The notes under the pieces were generated by a model. It had not been told where the DNA came from. It worked only from the letters and a program-made list of their open reading frames with translations, and did not search any database. From an uncultured Pseudomonadota bacterium (GTDB lineage Bacteria > Oederibacteriota > Muellerivitia > Muellerivitales > Muellerivitaceae), in contig CAVYRH010000011.1 in the NCBI GenBank assembly GCA_963770835.1, positions 128,001 to 192,000 on the forward strand: DNA of 64,000 nt, given 5' to 3'. This document shows positions 9,456 through 18,810 of the stretch, piece by piece. The first letter of the stretch is position 1. Each line of letters begins with the position of its first letter. Position numbers and translations under genes: made by a program.

Positions 9456-11264
9456 ATGCTTCAGGGGAACATCGATAAATACAAACTCCTCGAGATCAAG
9501 GGAAGCGGTACCTTTGGAACCGTTTGGCTGGCCGAAGACACTTGGATCGGCAAAAAGGTCGCCATTAAGATCCCTCATAACCAAAAAGAAGAATTCATCA
9601 ACCTCATCGCCGAACCCAAACTTTTAGCCTCCCTGGACCACCCGAATATCGTCCAGATCCTGACCGTTGATAAGGCTGAGAATATTTTTTTCATGGTCAT
9701 GGAGTATGTCGACGGCAAAAACCTGGCCCAACTCATCCAGGAAACCCCCCTCACTTACAAAGAAGCCGTCGATATCATCATTCAAATCCTTTCCGCGCTG
9801 CAATACGCCCACGAAAAGAATGTCATTCACCGGGATTTGAAGCCGGGCAATATCCTCCTTACCTCCGACCGCAAGGCCAAAATAACCGATTTCGGGACGG
9901 CGGTGATCCAAGCGGGGAAGAATGGCGCGGGCATTGGTGGAACCCTTTATTACATGGCCAAGGAACAAGTGTTGGGACATCCGGCCAAGGCCTCGGATGT
10001 TTACTCAGTGGGCGTTATCCTTTACGAGATGGTGACGGGCAAGCTTCCTTTTTACGATGAAGTTCCCATGGTGGTTTTAAATAAGATCTTAAAAGACGAC
10101 TTTACCGAACCCCACAAGATCAATTCCAGCGTACCCCAGGAATTGGAAGCGGTTATCCTTAAAGCCCTCCAAAAAGAGGTATCGAAACGTTATCAGACCG
10201 CTAACGACATGAAGGCCGACCTGGAGAAAATACCGGCAACCGTTTTGGCTTCGCCCATCGGTATCGGCAGCAAGACCCAGGAGGTTTTAACGCACACCAT
10301 CATCCAAGAGGAAGCCAAGAAGCAGATGGCTAAGGAAGTGGGGGATATCAACACCCTCCGTTATCAGGGGTATCATTACAAATTAATCAGAACGATCGGC
10401 ACGCGCGGCAAGGAAGAGGGTAATTTCATCTCGCCCTTGTCGGTTGCGGTGGACGCCCAAAAAAGGATTTATGTCTGCGATTCCCTTAAGTGCAATGTCC
10501 AGGTCTTCGATTTCGACGGCAAACTCCTTTATTCCGTGGGGAAGTTTGGCAAGGACGCCCACGATCCCAAGGAAGTTTCCTTCCTTATGCCCGTTTCCAT
10601 TGCCGTGGATCAGGGCGGGAATCTCGTGGCGTTGGATGCCAAAACCTGCAATGTCCAAATCATCGGTAAAATGGGACAACTTCTCGCGAAATTCGGCGAG
10701 CCGGCTTCGCCGACTACAGGTAAAATCGAGATCGGTGCCGGGGGTTTTTTTCACCCCCAATCCTTGACCCTGGACGACAAGGACAACATTTACGTTTCGG
10801 ACACCGGAAACCACCGGATCCGGGTTTTTAATCCGGCGGGAAAGGTTTTAAACAAGTTCGGCATCCAGGGGGCAAGATTAGGAGAATTCAACTCTCCGGC
10901 CGGCCTGACGCTCGACAACGCCCAAAATCTCCTGGTGGTGGATGAGAAAAACTTCCGGGTCCAGATATTCACTTATCGGGGGGTCTTCAAGAACAAGTTC
11001 GGGAAAAGGGGAACGGGGCGTGGTGAATTTTCGGCACCTATCGGCGTCGCAACCGATTCCAAGCGCAATATTTTCGTGACCGACCGGGATATGCGCATCC
11101 AGGTTTTCGACCCGGAAGGGTATTACTTGACCGAATTCGGGACTCCCACTGGCCAATACCGGACGGCCCCAAAATACTACGGCATCACCGTCGACGCGGA
11201 GAACAACCTCTATGTGACGGACATCGCCAACTGCAGTGTTTTGGTGTACGCGCTTAAAAAATAA
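9456..11264 (+). CDS. Hanks-type Ser/Thr protein kinase with C-terminal NHL-repeat beta-propeller
   Basis: GSGTFGTV, VAIK, HRDLKPGN, DFG and SDVYSVG kinase motifs. Repeated F..P..(V/L)AVD....IYV.D..N.R(V/I)QVFD NHL units. No TM segment. Confidence 0.93.
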   Translation: MLQGNIDKYKLLEIKGSGTFGTVWLAEDTWIGKKVAIKIPHNQKEEFINLIAEPKLLASLDHPNIVQILTVDKAENIFFMVMEYVDGKNLAQLIQETPLTYKEAVDIIIQILSALQYAHEKNVIHRDLKPGNILLTSDRKAKITDFGTAVIQAGKNGAGIGGTLYYMAKEQVLGHPAKASDVYSVGVILYEMVTGKLPFYDEVPMVVLNKILKDDFTEPHKINSSVPQELEAVILKALQKEVSKRYQTANDMKADLEKIPATVLASPIGIGSKTQEVLTHTIIQEEAKKQMAKEVGDINTLRYQGYHYKLIRTIGTRGKEEGNFISPLSVAVDAQKRIYVCDSLKCNVQVFDFDGKLLYSVGKFGKDAHDPKEVSFLMPVSIAVDQGGNLVALDAKTCNVQIIGKMGQLLAKFGEPASPTTGKIEIGAGGFFHPQSLTLDDKDNIYVSDTGNHRIRVFNPAGKVLNKFGIQGARLGEFNSPAGLTLDNAQNLLVVDEKNFRVQIFTYRGVFKNKFGKRGTGRGEFSAPIGVATDSKRNIFVTDRDMRIQVFDPEGYYLTEFGTPTGQYRTAPKYYGITVDAENNLYVTDIANCSVLVYALKK

Positions 11265-11275
11265 TTAGGAATTTT

Positions 11276-11304
11276 GGAAGTTTTTGAACCGAAGGTTCAA
11301 AAAC
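11276..11304. repeat. Second copy of GGAAGTTTTTGAACC-NNN-GGTTCAAAAAC, followed by heptamers
   Basis: Identical to 7016-7044 except for the 3-nt loop; followed by aactcaa-aactcaa-cactgag. Confidence 0.8.
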
Positions 11305-11339
11305 CAACATTAACTCAAAACTCAACACTGAGGTTAAAG

Positions 11340-12911
11340 ATGGCTTCTTCCCCAACATCCTCCGAACCGGCCATTCCCGGCCGTATTATTCTCACCCCGC
11401 CAAAGTCCACGGGCAAACCCCAGGTCACCATTTCGGTGTTGGCCGGCCCGGAACAGGGCCAGGTTTTCAAAATCGGCCGCCCCACCACCACGATGGGGCG
11501 TTCCAATACCTGTGAGGTGGTTATTACCGACCCCCTGGTTTCCCGCCAGCATTGCCAGATCATCCTGGGCATGGGGGGGATTTCCTTGCGGGATTTGGCC
11601 AGCACCAACGGCACCTTTCTCAACGGCACCCGGGTCACGGAAAGCCCCTTAAGAACCCAGGATGTTATTTCCATCGGTGGAACCCGGCTGCGGTTCGCGT
11701 TGGAAGTGACCAAGGACACCGAGGAATCCAAGACCCCCAAGATTGACGAGTTGGCCCACAAGAAGCTCCTGACCCTTTACGAAGTGGGAAACATTGTTAA
11801 CTCGGTGCTGGAGCTGAAAACCCTCCTTTCCATCATCATGGCCATGGCCATCAAGGTCATGCAGGCCAACCGGGGTTTCCTGTTGTTGAGGGACAAAGGG
11901 GGGGATTTGAAACCAGTGGCCACCCATGCCTTGACGCCAGCCGAGGCCCAGGCCCCCTATAGCCAGACCATCGTGGATACGGTTTTGAGGGAAAGGGTGC
12001 CGGTCCTGGTATTGGACGCCACCCACGACATTCGTTTCTCCAATCGCGACAGCTTGAAAGCCCTGCCCTTGTCCTCAGTTATTTGCGTGCCCATCTGGGA
12101 AAGGGAAAACATCGTAGGTGTGATTTACGTGGATAAGGCGGAAGGAACATCGACCTTTAACGAAGAAGATATGTACTTCCTGTCGGCTTTCGCCAACCAG
12201 GCGGCGGTAGCCATCACCAACGCCAAGCTTTTCGATGACGTGCGGCGGGAGGAACGGCTGAGGACGTCCCTTCAGAGATATCTTTCTCCGAATGTTGTCG
12301 ATGACATGATCCTAAAAACCGGTGAACTTCCCTTGGGCGGAGAAAAAAAGAAAGTTTCCATTCTTTTTTGCGATATCCGGGGCTTTACCACCCTCACCGA
12401 GAAGGAACCGGTGGAAACCATCGTCAGCCTGTTGAATGAATACTTCAGCGCCATGTCGGAGGTTATTTTCGCCAACAACGGCACCTTGGATAAGTTCATT
12501 GGGGACGCCATCATGGCGATTTACGGGGCACCGCTGGAATTGAAGGACGGCCCCTATAAAGCTGTTAAAACAGCCCTGGAAATGCGCGATAAGCTGGCCA
12601 AATTGAACGAAAAATGGAAAACGGAAAAGAAGCCCCAAATCCAAGTCGGTTATGGCATCAACACGGGCGAGGCCATCGTGGGCAACATCGGAAGCGAACG
12701 CCGTATGGAATACACCGCCATCGGCGATATGGTGAACACGGCCTCCCGCGTGGAAGGGGAAACCGAAGGCGGCCAAATTTTCATCACCGAGGAGACCTTC
12801 CAGGAGTTGGGAAACAAGGTCAAGGTCAACAAGTTGAAATCCGTATCCCTAAAGGGCAAATCAGCTAAAGTTCAAATCTACGAAGTCACGGGCCTCAATT
12901 CGGCTTCCTGA
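11340..12911 (+). CDS. FHA-GAF-class III adenylate cyclase
   Basis: FHA (GR...SRQH...STNGTFLNG), GAF (SVICVPI...GVIYVD...FNEED) and cyclase (FCDIRGFT, DKFIGDAIMA, YTAIGDMVNTASR) motifs. Start ATG 11340 is preferred because 11274-11339 is repeat DNA. Confidence 0.93.
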   Translation: MASSPTSSEPAIPGRIILTPPKSTGKPQVTISVLAGPEQGQVFKIGRPTTTMGRSNTCEVVITDPLVSRQHCQIILGMGGISLRDLASTNGTFLNGTRVTESPLRTQDVISIGGTRLRFALEVTKDTEESKTPKIDELAHKKLLTLYEVGNIVNSVLELKTLLSIIMAMAIKVMQANRGFLLLRDKGGDLKPVATHALTPAEAQAPYSQTIVDTVLRERVPVLVLDATHDIRFSNRDSLKALPLSSVICVPIWERENIVGVIYVDKAEGTSTFNEEDMYFLSAFANQAAVAITNAKLFDDVRREERLRTSLQRYLSPNVVDDMILKTGELPLGGEKKKVSILFCDIRGFTTLTEKEPVETIVSLLNEYFSAMSEVIFANNGTLDKFIGDAIMAIYGAPLELKDGPYKAVKTALEMRDKLAKLNEKWKTEKKPQIQVGYGINTGEAIVGNIGSERRMEYTAIGDMVNTASRVEGETEGGQIFITEETFQELGNKVKVNKLKSVSLKGKSAKVQIYEVTGLNSAS

Positions 12912-12989
12912 TAATCCGCCCCGCTTTTCTTTCGCCCAGACTTATCCTAAGATCCTGCATGGTTTTTGAGCTCAAAATTCGAGGATTTC

Positions 12990-14840
12990 GTGTCCAAGAT
13001 TAAACCCCTGTCAGAAAAGGTCATAAACCAAATCGCCGCAGGCGAAGTGGTGGAACGTCCATCTTCCGTTGTTAAAGAACTAATGGAAAATGCCTTGGAC
13101 GCGAAAGCCACCTGGGTCGAGGTCGAAATTCAGGAAGGCGGCCTCAAGCTCATCAAGGTGACCGACAATGGGGAGGGAATGACCCCGGAAGACGCCCAAT
13201 TAGCCGTCCAAAAGCACGCCACCAGCAAGATTTTCTCGGTAGAAGACCTGTCTCACCTGCGCACATTTGGCTTCCGTGGGGAAGCCCTCGCCAGCATCGC
13301 CTCCGTCTCCCACTTTGAGCTTTCCACGCGCACGGCCGATGCTCTCTCCGGTGTTTCCATCAAAATCAAGGGAGGGAGTGCTCCCAAACCCCTTGAAACG
13401 GGCCGGCCCGTGGGCACCACCCTGATCGTTTCCAATCTTTTTTTCAACACACCCGCCCGCTTGAAATTCATGAAAAAGAAATCCACCGAGGAAAACCACA
13501 TCACCATGGTGGTCACAACCTATGCCCTGGCATTTCCCGGGGTCGGATTCAAGCTCACCATCGACGGAAAGGAAGCCCTTCATGTGCCGCCCTCGGATTT
13601 TCCAGCCCGACTATCGGAGATTTTCGGCAGGGAAACGGCCCAATCCTTTTTACCCCTGGAATTCACGGGAGCGGGGGTCCATATCCACGGCGTCGTCAGC
13701 GCGCCCACTATTACCAAGCCGACCCGTGAAAACATGCTTTATTTCGTCAACCGCCGCTGGATCGCCAACATCTCCCTCGGCCACGCGGTCATGACGGCTT
13801 TTCACACCCTGCTTCCCACCCGCCGGTTTCCGGTGGCAGTGCTTTTTTTGGAAGTGCCCGAGGACCAGGTGGACGTGAATGTCCACCCCACCAAGAAAGA
13901 AGTAAAATTTGCCCAGGATCGGGCTATTTATGACACTGTAGTGAGGGCTATCCGGAGCGCCCTGCTTTCAGCACCGGGGGTTTTGCAGTCTGTCCAAGCT
14001 CAAGCTCTTTCCGAATTTACGCCCGCTCAAACCCATGGTCCCGTTTACCATTCCAACCCTGTCCAACCGGGTTTCCTGAATGAAGCCCCTGCGACCGTCT
14101 CAGCTGGAGGAATGCCGGCGGCGACACTTTATGAGCAGATCACCGAAAAATTTCCCTCCCGAGGAACGGAAACCGAAACCCATGGTACCCCTTTGGAATC
14201 CCTTGGATTCGGCAAAACCGCACTCCAGGCCCGTCGAATCGACCCTCAAGTATCACTTTACAATTTCAGCCAATTGTTCAATACCTTCATCGTTTTTCAG
14301 TCCGATAGCGAGATGTTCATCGCCGACCAACACACGGTTCACGAAAGACTGAATTACGAGCGGCTTATGAAGGGAGTCCGGGAAAAAGCCCTGGAAGTGC
14401 AACCACTCCTCATGCCGGTTACGGTGGAATTGAGCGCCAAGGAAGCACAGGTTTTGAAAAATAACCTGGAAACCCTGATGGAACTGGGGATGGAAGTAGC
14501 GCCCTTCGGCGGCAATACTTTTTTGGTTCGAAGCGTTCCGGCCGACCTGTCGGGGAAGAACCTGGTGACCCTCGTGAAAGACCTAGTAGATGACCTGGCA
14601 GCCCAGGATGCCTTGGGGGTAAAAAGCGCCAATCACCTGGATCAAGCCCGCGAAAGGGCGGCCACTTTCATGTCCTGCCGCAGCGCGGTCATGGCCGGGG
14701 ACCGATTGAACGAGGAACAGATGCGCCGACTTATCGACCAGATGCGGCAAGCCAACCTGCCTTTCACTTGCCCACATGGGAGGCCAACCATACTTTCCAT
14801 TCCACTTTCCGAACTTTATCGTCGTTTTGACCGGCACTGA
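12990..14840 (+). CDS. mutL: DNA mismatch repair endonuclease MutL
   Basis: NQIAAGEVVERP, GFRGEAL, DVNVHPTK, DQHTVHERLNYE and CPHGRP; GTG start after GAGG. Confidence 0.98.
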   Translation: MSKIKPLSEKVINQIAAGEVVERPSSVVKELMENALDAKATWVEVEIQEGGLKLIKVTDNGEGMTPEDAQLAVQKHATSKIFSVEDLSHLRTFGFRGEALASIASVSHFELSTRTADALSGVSIKIKGGSAPKPLETGRPVGTTLIVSNLFFNTPARLKFMKKKSTEENHITMVVTTYALAFPGVGFKLTIDGKEALHVPPSDFPARLSEIFGRETAQSFLPLEFTGAGVHIHGVVSAPTITKPTRENMLYFVNRRWIANISLGHAVMTAFHTLLPTRRFPVAVLFLEVPEDQVDVNVHPTKKEVKFAQDRAIYDTVVRAIRSALLSAPGVLQSVQAQALSEFTPAQTHGPVYHSNPVQPGFLNEAPATVSAGGMPAATLYEQITEKFPSRGTETETHGTPLESLGFGKTALQARRIDPQVSLYNFSQLFNTFIVFQSDSEMFIADQHTVHERLNYERLMKGVREKALEVQPLLMPVTVELSAKEAQVLKNNLETLMELGMEVAPFGGNTFLVRSVPADLSGKNLVTLVKDLVDDLAAQDALGVKSANHLDQARERAATFMSCRSAVMAGDRLNEEQMRRLIDQMRQANLPFTCPHGRPTILSIPLSELYRRFDRH

Positions 14841-14893
14841 AAAGCAGATATCAGCGGTCAGGTGTCAGCTTTCAACCAAAACAAAAGAAAACA

Positions 14894-15838
14894 ATGCCTG
14901 AAAATTCACAACTTAAAATTCACAACTTAAAATTGCCTATTTTGGTTGGGCCAACCGGGGTCGGTAAATCCGAGGTGGCTTTTCTTTTGGCTGGAAAGCT
15001 GAATGCCGAAATCCTTTCGGTGGATGCTTTCCAGGTTTATAAAGGATTAGAAGTTGGAACAGCCCAGCCGGCTAAAGAATGGCAAAAAGACGTGCCGCAC
15101 CATTTGGTTGGAATCCGGGATCCAAGACAAAGCTGGAATGCGGTGGAATTCGCCCGGGAAGCCAGACCGATTATCGAACAGGCTCACCGAAGTGGAAAAA
15201 AGCTAATTTTGGTCGGTGGAGCGGGTTTTTATATCAGGGCACTGGTCGAAGGGCCGCCGCCCGGAAAGGCTCCAAAACCAGAAATTCGTACCTGGGTTTT
15301 GGAAAGAGTAAGGGAGTTGGGCCCTGAAAAAGCCCACAATTGGCTGAAAGAACGGGACAGTGGGGCGGCTACCAGGCTTCATCCAAACGACACCCACCGA
15401 ATTTGCCGGGCACTGGAAAAAACCTTTGAAGAGGCGCCATCAGAGGCCGAAGGTAAACCCTTGGGGGTCTCTTCCGTCTTGTTCTTGGGTTTGGAAAGAT
15501 CCCGGGATAAACTGGATCAGATTTTGATGGCGAGAACCCAGGCCATTTGGGAAAAGGGGCTTTTGACCGAGGCGCGGGGCTTGTCGGAAATGAACCTGCC
15601 TCCAGACCATCCGATCTGGGGCGCTATTGGCTATGAAGAGGCGGTTGCTTTCCTCAAAATGGAGTTAAAGGAACCCGACGCTCTAGAGCGGATTTATCGT
15701 AGGACACGCCAATATGCCAAACGCCAATGGACCTGGTTTAAGCATCAGCATGAGGTCCAATGGTTCAACTTAGATATGTATCCAAATTTGGACGATGTTG
15801 TTGGAATATTAGCTAAAAAAATCACCGCTGAAAAGTGA
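14894..15838 (+). CDS. miaA: tRNA dimethylallyltransferase
   Basis: GPTGVGKS P-loop, SVDAFQVY, VGGAGFY and TRQYAKRQWTWF; follows mutL. Confidence 0.97.
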   Translation: MPENSQLKIHNLKLPILVGPTGVGKSEVAFLLAGKLNAEILSVDAFQVYKGLEVGTAQPAKEWQKDVPHHLVGIRDPRQSWNAVEFAREARPIIEQAHRSGKKLILVGGAGFYIRALVEGPPPGKAPKPEIRTWVLERVRELGPEKAHNWLKERDSGAATRLHPNDTHRICRALEKTFEEAPSEAEGKPLGVSSVLFLGLERSRDKLDQILMARTQAIWEKGLLTEARGLSEMNLPPDHPIWGAIGYEEAVAFLKMELKEPDALERIYRRTRQYAKRQWTWFKHQHEVQWFNLDMYPNLDDVVGILAKKITAEK

Positions 15839-15845
15839 GAAATAT

Positions 15846-16289
15846 TTGCAAAACATCCGGATTCGAGTAGCGGGCATCCTCGTCAAGGACGGCCAAATCC
15901 TTTTGGTTCGTCACGAAAAAAACGCAAAGAGCTATTGGCTAATACCGGGGGGCGGTGTTGACTTTGGGGAAAGCGTGGAAGAGGCCCTGATTCGCGAGTT
16001 CCGTGAGGAAGTGGGCCTTCCCATCAAGGTTGGCAACTTGGTCTTGGTGCATGATTCCATCCCCCCCAACCGTCACCGGCAGGTTTTAAACCTTTATTTC
16101 CTCGTTTCCGCCGAGCACTTTAACATTAAGGTGACGCCCGACGCCGTCTTGAGGGACGCCGCTTTTTACCCCCTGGAGGAATTTCCCAACATGACCGTCA
16201 ATCCGGATGTTAAAACGGAAATCCTGGAAGGCCTGAGAAACCAATGGCCGGAGGGCTGCCGATATCTTGGGAACCGCTGGAAAGACTAA
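15846..16289 (+). CDS. NUDIX hydrolase
   Basis: Nudix box GGVDFGESVEEALIREFREEVG. Confidence 0.93.
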   Translation: MQNIRIRVAGILVKDGQILLVRHEKNAKSYWLIPGGGVDFGESVEEALIREFREEVGLPIKVGNLVLVHDSIPPNRHRQVLNLYFLVSAEHFNIKVTPDAVLRDAAFYPLEEFPNMTVNPDVKTEILEGLRNQWPEGCRYLGNRWKD

Positions 16290-16369
16290 CGGTAATGAGG
16301 GTCTTATCTTATAATATTGATCCGCGAAACTGACAAACCACCCTTTAACGATTTTGGGAGGCTTGAGAC

Positions 16370-17251
16370 ATGAATAAAATGACAATCCTGTTGGCGATTT
16401 TGGCCTTGGCGATTCTTCCCGCCAGCTTGAAGGCCATTTCCGAAAGCGAAATTGAAGACCGCAGGGAAATGTCGCAAGTTTGGGTCGACCAACACAACGC
16501 CAAGTTGCTTTCGGAAGTCCAAAGCGCCGTCAAGGGAATCCGGGTCAAGGCGCATGTTTACTTCATCGGGTCCCGCCATTCCCGGTTGGTTCCCATGAAG
16601 AGGGCTCGCATGGAGACGGCCTCCAAATACGGGATTCCCCCCACGGTAAAAACATCCAGCGGTGCCGTGGTGCCTCTTTTTTCTCTTCGGTATTCCACCG
16701 CGGAAGGGCAATCCTTCTTGACCGCCGACTATGCCGACGAGTTGGATACCCGTCACTGTAGTTCGGATATCTATATCAAAATTGGGCTGGAATACCGGCT
16801 TCTTTTCCATGGTGAAGGCTATCCCGGATGTGCCCGATTGATCAGCCTGGGAGCAAGCTTACCGACTTTTTTTGAAGTCGGCGTCTACGGGGGAGGGAGC
16901 CGTTGTGATAAGACCTTCTACCGCCTGGATACGGATGCCCTTAAGGGTGTGAGCGATGAGCTTTATGACCACCCGGAACTGATTCAAGCCCAGAAGTATG
17001 TGAAAGAGGAATTGAAAGTAAATGTGTGGCTGGAGGGTTTTACCCTATACCGGGACGTCGACCATGACGGCACATTGGATATCATCAACACGACTCAGGT
17101 TCTGTACCCTCCCGATTTGAAGACCAAGGTTCAGGACCGGTACAAGCTGGTAGACAATGATTTTGCCGGTCCGTTTCGGCCTGTCACCTCGGTTTACAAA
17201 TGGGACACGACGAAGGCCCAGTTTGTGGACTTGGGTGACTACTATCACTGA
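16370..17251 (+). CDS. Hypothetical exported protein
   Basis: Signal peptide MNKMTILLAILALAILPASLKA and a DVDHDGTLDI Ca-binding-like loop. Confidence 0.8.
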   Translation: MNKMTILLAILALAILPASLKAISESEIEDRREMSQVWVDQHNAKLLSEVQSAVKGIRVKAHVYFIGSRHSRLVPMKRARMETASKYGIPPTVKTSSGAVVPLFSLRYSTAEGQSFLTADYADELDTRHCSSDIYIKIGLEYRLLFHGEGYPGCARLISLGASLPTFFEVGVYGGGSRCDKTFYRLDTDALKGVSDELYDHPELIQAQKYVKEELKVNVWLEGFTLYRDVDHDGTLDIINTTQVLYPPDLKTKVQDRYKLVDNDFAGPFRPVTSVYKWDTTKAQFVDLGDYYH

Positions 17252-17314
17252 AAACAGCTTCCGGAAACCGTCATCACTTGCTGTCGAGGGGCCTCAAAGC
17301 CGTATATAAAGTAA

Positions 17315-18709
17315 ATGGTTAAAAACAAACCTAGCTTATCCAGGTTTTTTCTTCTTCCTTCTTGTTTGATCACACTGATTTTTCTTTTTCCTTCCTTCTC
17401 CGCCGCCCACCAGATCCTTTTTTATTTCAACAGTGAGGACGGGACGGACGGAGCCCTGCTTCAGTGTGTGACCATTCTTCAAAATGCCGGCCACCAAGTG
17501 ACTACTATTGACGTGAATGGAAAAAATCGTAATTCCCAAAACGACAATTGGGGTGCTCCTTATGACCAGGTTTGGGACATGAGGTTTGTGGACCGGGATT
17601 CCACGCAGTGCGGCAGCGGCCGTCCGGAGGCCGGGGATTATTTCGACGAGCATTGGCGTTCCAAGGCGGTTTCTTTCCTCAATCATTGCGGAAAACTCTT
17701 CATTGCGGGGGAGTATTACCGCCTGCCCGATAGGGATGAAGGCCTTTATTCTTTCCTTAAGGAGGTCCAAGCGGTTAAAAAGGGTTTTGATAACTGCCCT
17801 CCCTCAGCCCGGGGGAACAGCAGCACAACGGGCGAGGCCTTTTACCCCGTTCGGCATCGGCTAGGACCCGTTTCTTTTTATGGAGCCTGGGTCGGGGGTA
17901 TTCCTCTCGCCTATTTAACGGGTACCAATTTTGTGGACACGTCCGACGATTGGGAAGGGGACGCGGTGGATCGCTCCATCGTTTCGGGCTGGGAAGGAAA
18001 CCAATTGGGTGGGGCCGTGACCAGTGGCTCTTGCGGTCGTGGAAAACTTTTCATGGTTTGGGACGCCACCATGTGGACCCTCTGGCAACCCGGAATGTAT
18101 GGGGAAGAAGAGAGCAGCCCGCCGGTTTGGGACGATTCCGCCTGGGTTCCCGGAAACATTCAATCCCCAGCCAGTTCTGTGATGCACATCAAGACGGCTA
18201 AAAAAGTCACAGCTTCTTTTTTCCCGGCTATCGTAAAATGGCTAGGTGGACGGGGGTGCCCCTGCACGGAAGCATCTTCACCGACGATTTTTCCAACACC
18301 CCACACCTTGCCGACAACAGTTGGTTATGGAGGTTATCAACTTCCGCCTTCGCCTTCTTTGCCTGCAACGGTGGGAAGTTTGTTGTCAGCGGCCAGCCAG
18401 TCTTCCGCCACGACGACCATGCTTACTTCCAATGTCCCCGCGACAATTATCTTTAGTGTTTTCCCCATCAACATTTACATGGGCTTCCGGGATGGAATGG
18501 GGGAGTATCAATTAAACATCTTGGACTCCCAAGGCCAATTGATTCAGACTGTTTTTGATAAAAATATAACAAATGAAAAAGAATCTTGGGCCGCTTGGGA
18601 TGGAAAAAATCTTGCCGGGACTGATTCACATATCGGTCTTTATTACGCCGTTCTGTGGAAAGATGGACGCTTTTTGAGAAAGATCGTCTTATCCCGCATA
18701 AGTCCCTAA
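17315..18709 (+). CDS. Secreted protein with Pro/Thr/Ser linker and FlgD-Ig-like C-terminal domain
   Basis: Signal peptide, Cys-containing N-domain, P/T/S-rich linker, and a C-terminal ILDSQGQLIQTV...WDGKNLAG....GLYY motif. Confidence 0.75.
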   Translation: MVKNKPSLSRFFLLPSCLITLIFLFPSFSAAHQILFYFNSEDGTDGALLQCVTILQNAGHQVTTIDVNGKNRNSQNDNWGAPYDQVWDMRFVDRDSTQCGSGRPEAGDYFDEHWRSKAVSFLNHCGKLFIAGEYYRLPDRDEGLYSFLKEVQAVKKGFDNCPPSARGNSSTTGEAFYPVRHRLGPVSFYGAWVGGIPLAYLTGTNFVDTSDDWEGDAVDRSIVSGWEGNQLGGAVTSGSCGRGKLFMVWDATMWTLWQPGMYGEEESSPPVWDDSAWVPGNIQSPASSVMHIKTAKKVTASFFPAIVKWLGGRGCPCTEASSPTIFPTPHTLPTTVGYGGYQLPPSPSLPATVGSLLSAASQSSATTTMLTSNVPATIIFSVFPINIYMGFRDGMGEYQLNILDSQGQLIQTVFDKNITNEKESWAAWDGKNLAGTDSHIGLYYAVLWKDGRFLRKIVLSRISP

Positions 18710-18810
18710 AACAGTGCCCGTTCAAGCCTTGCAGGCTTACTTCCGCCGACGCTCCTGGCAATTTTCTTGATATTGCATAGGTTTTAGGGGTCTGTTAACA
18801 TAGCCACCCT

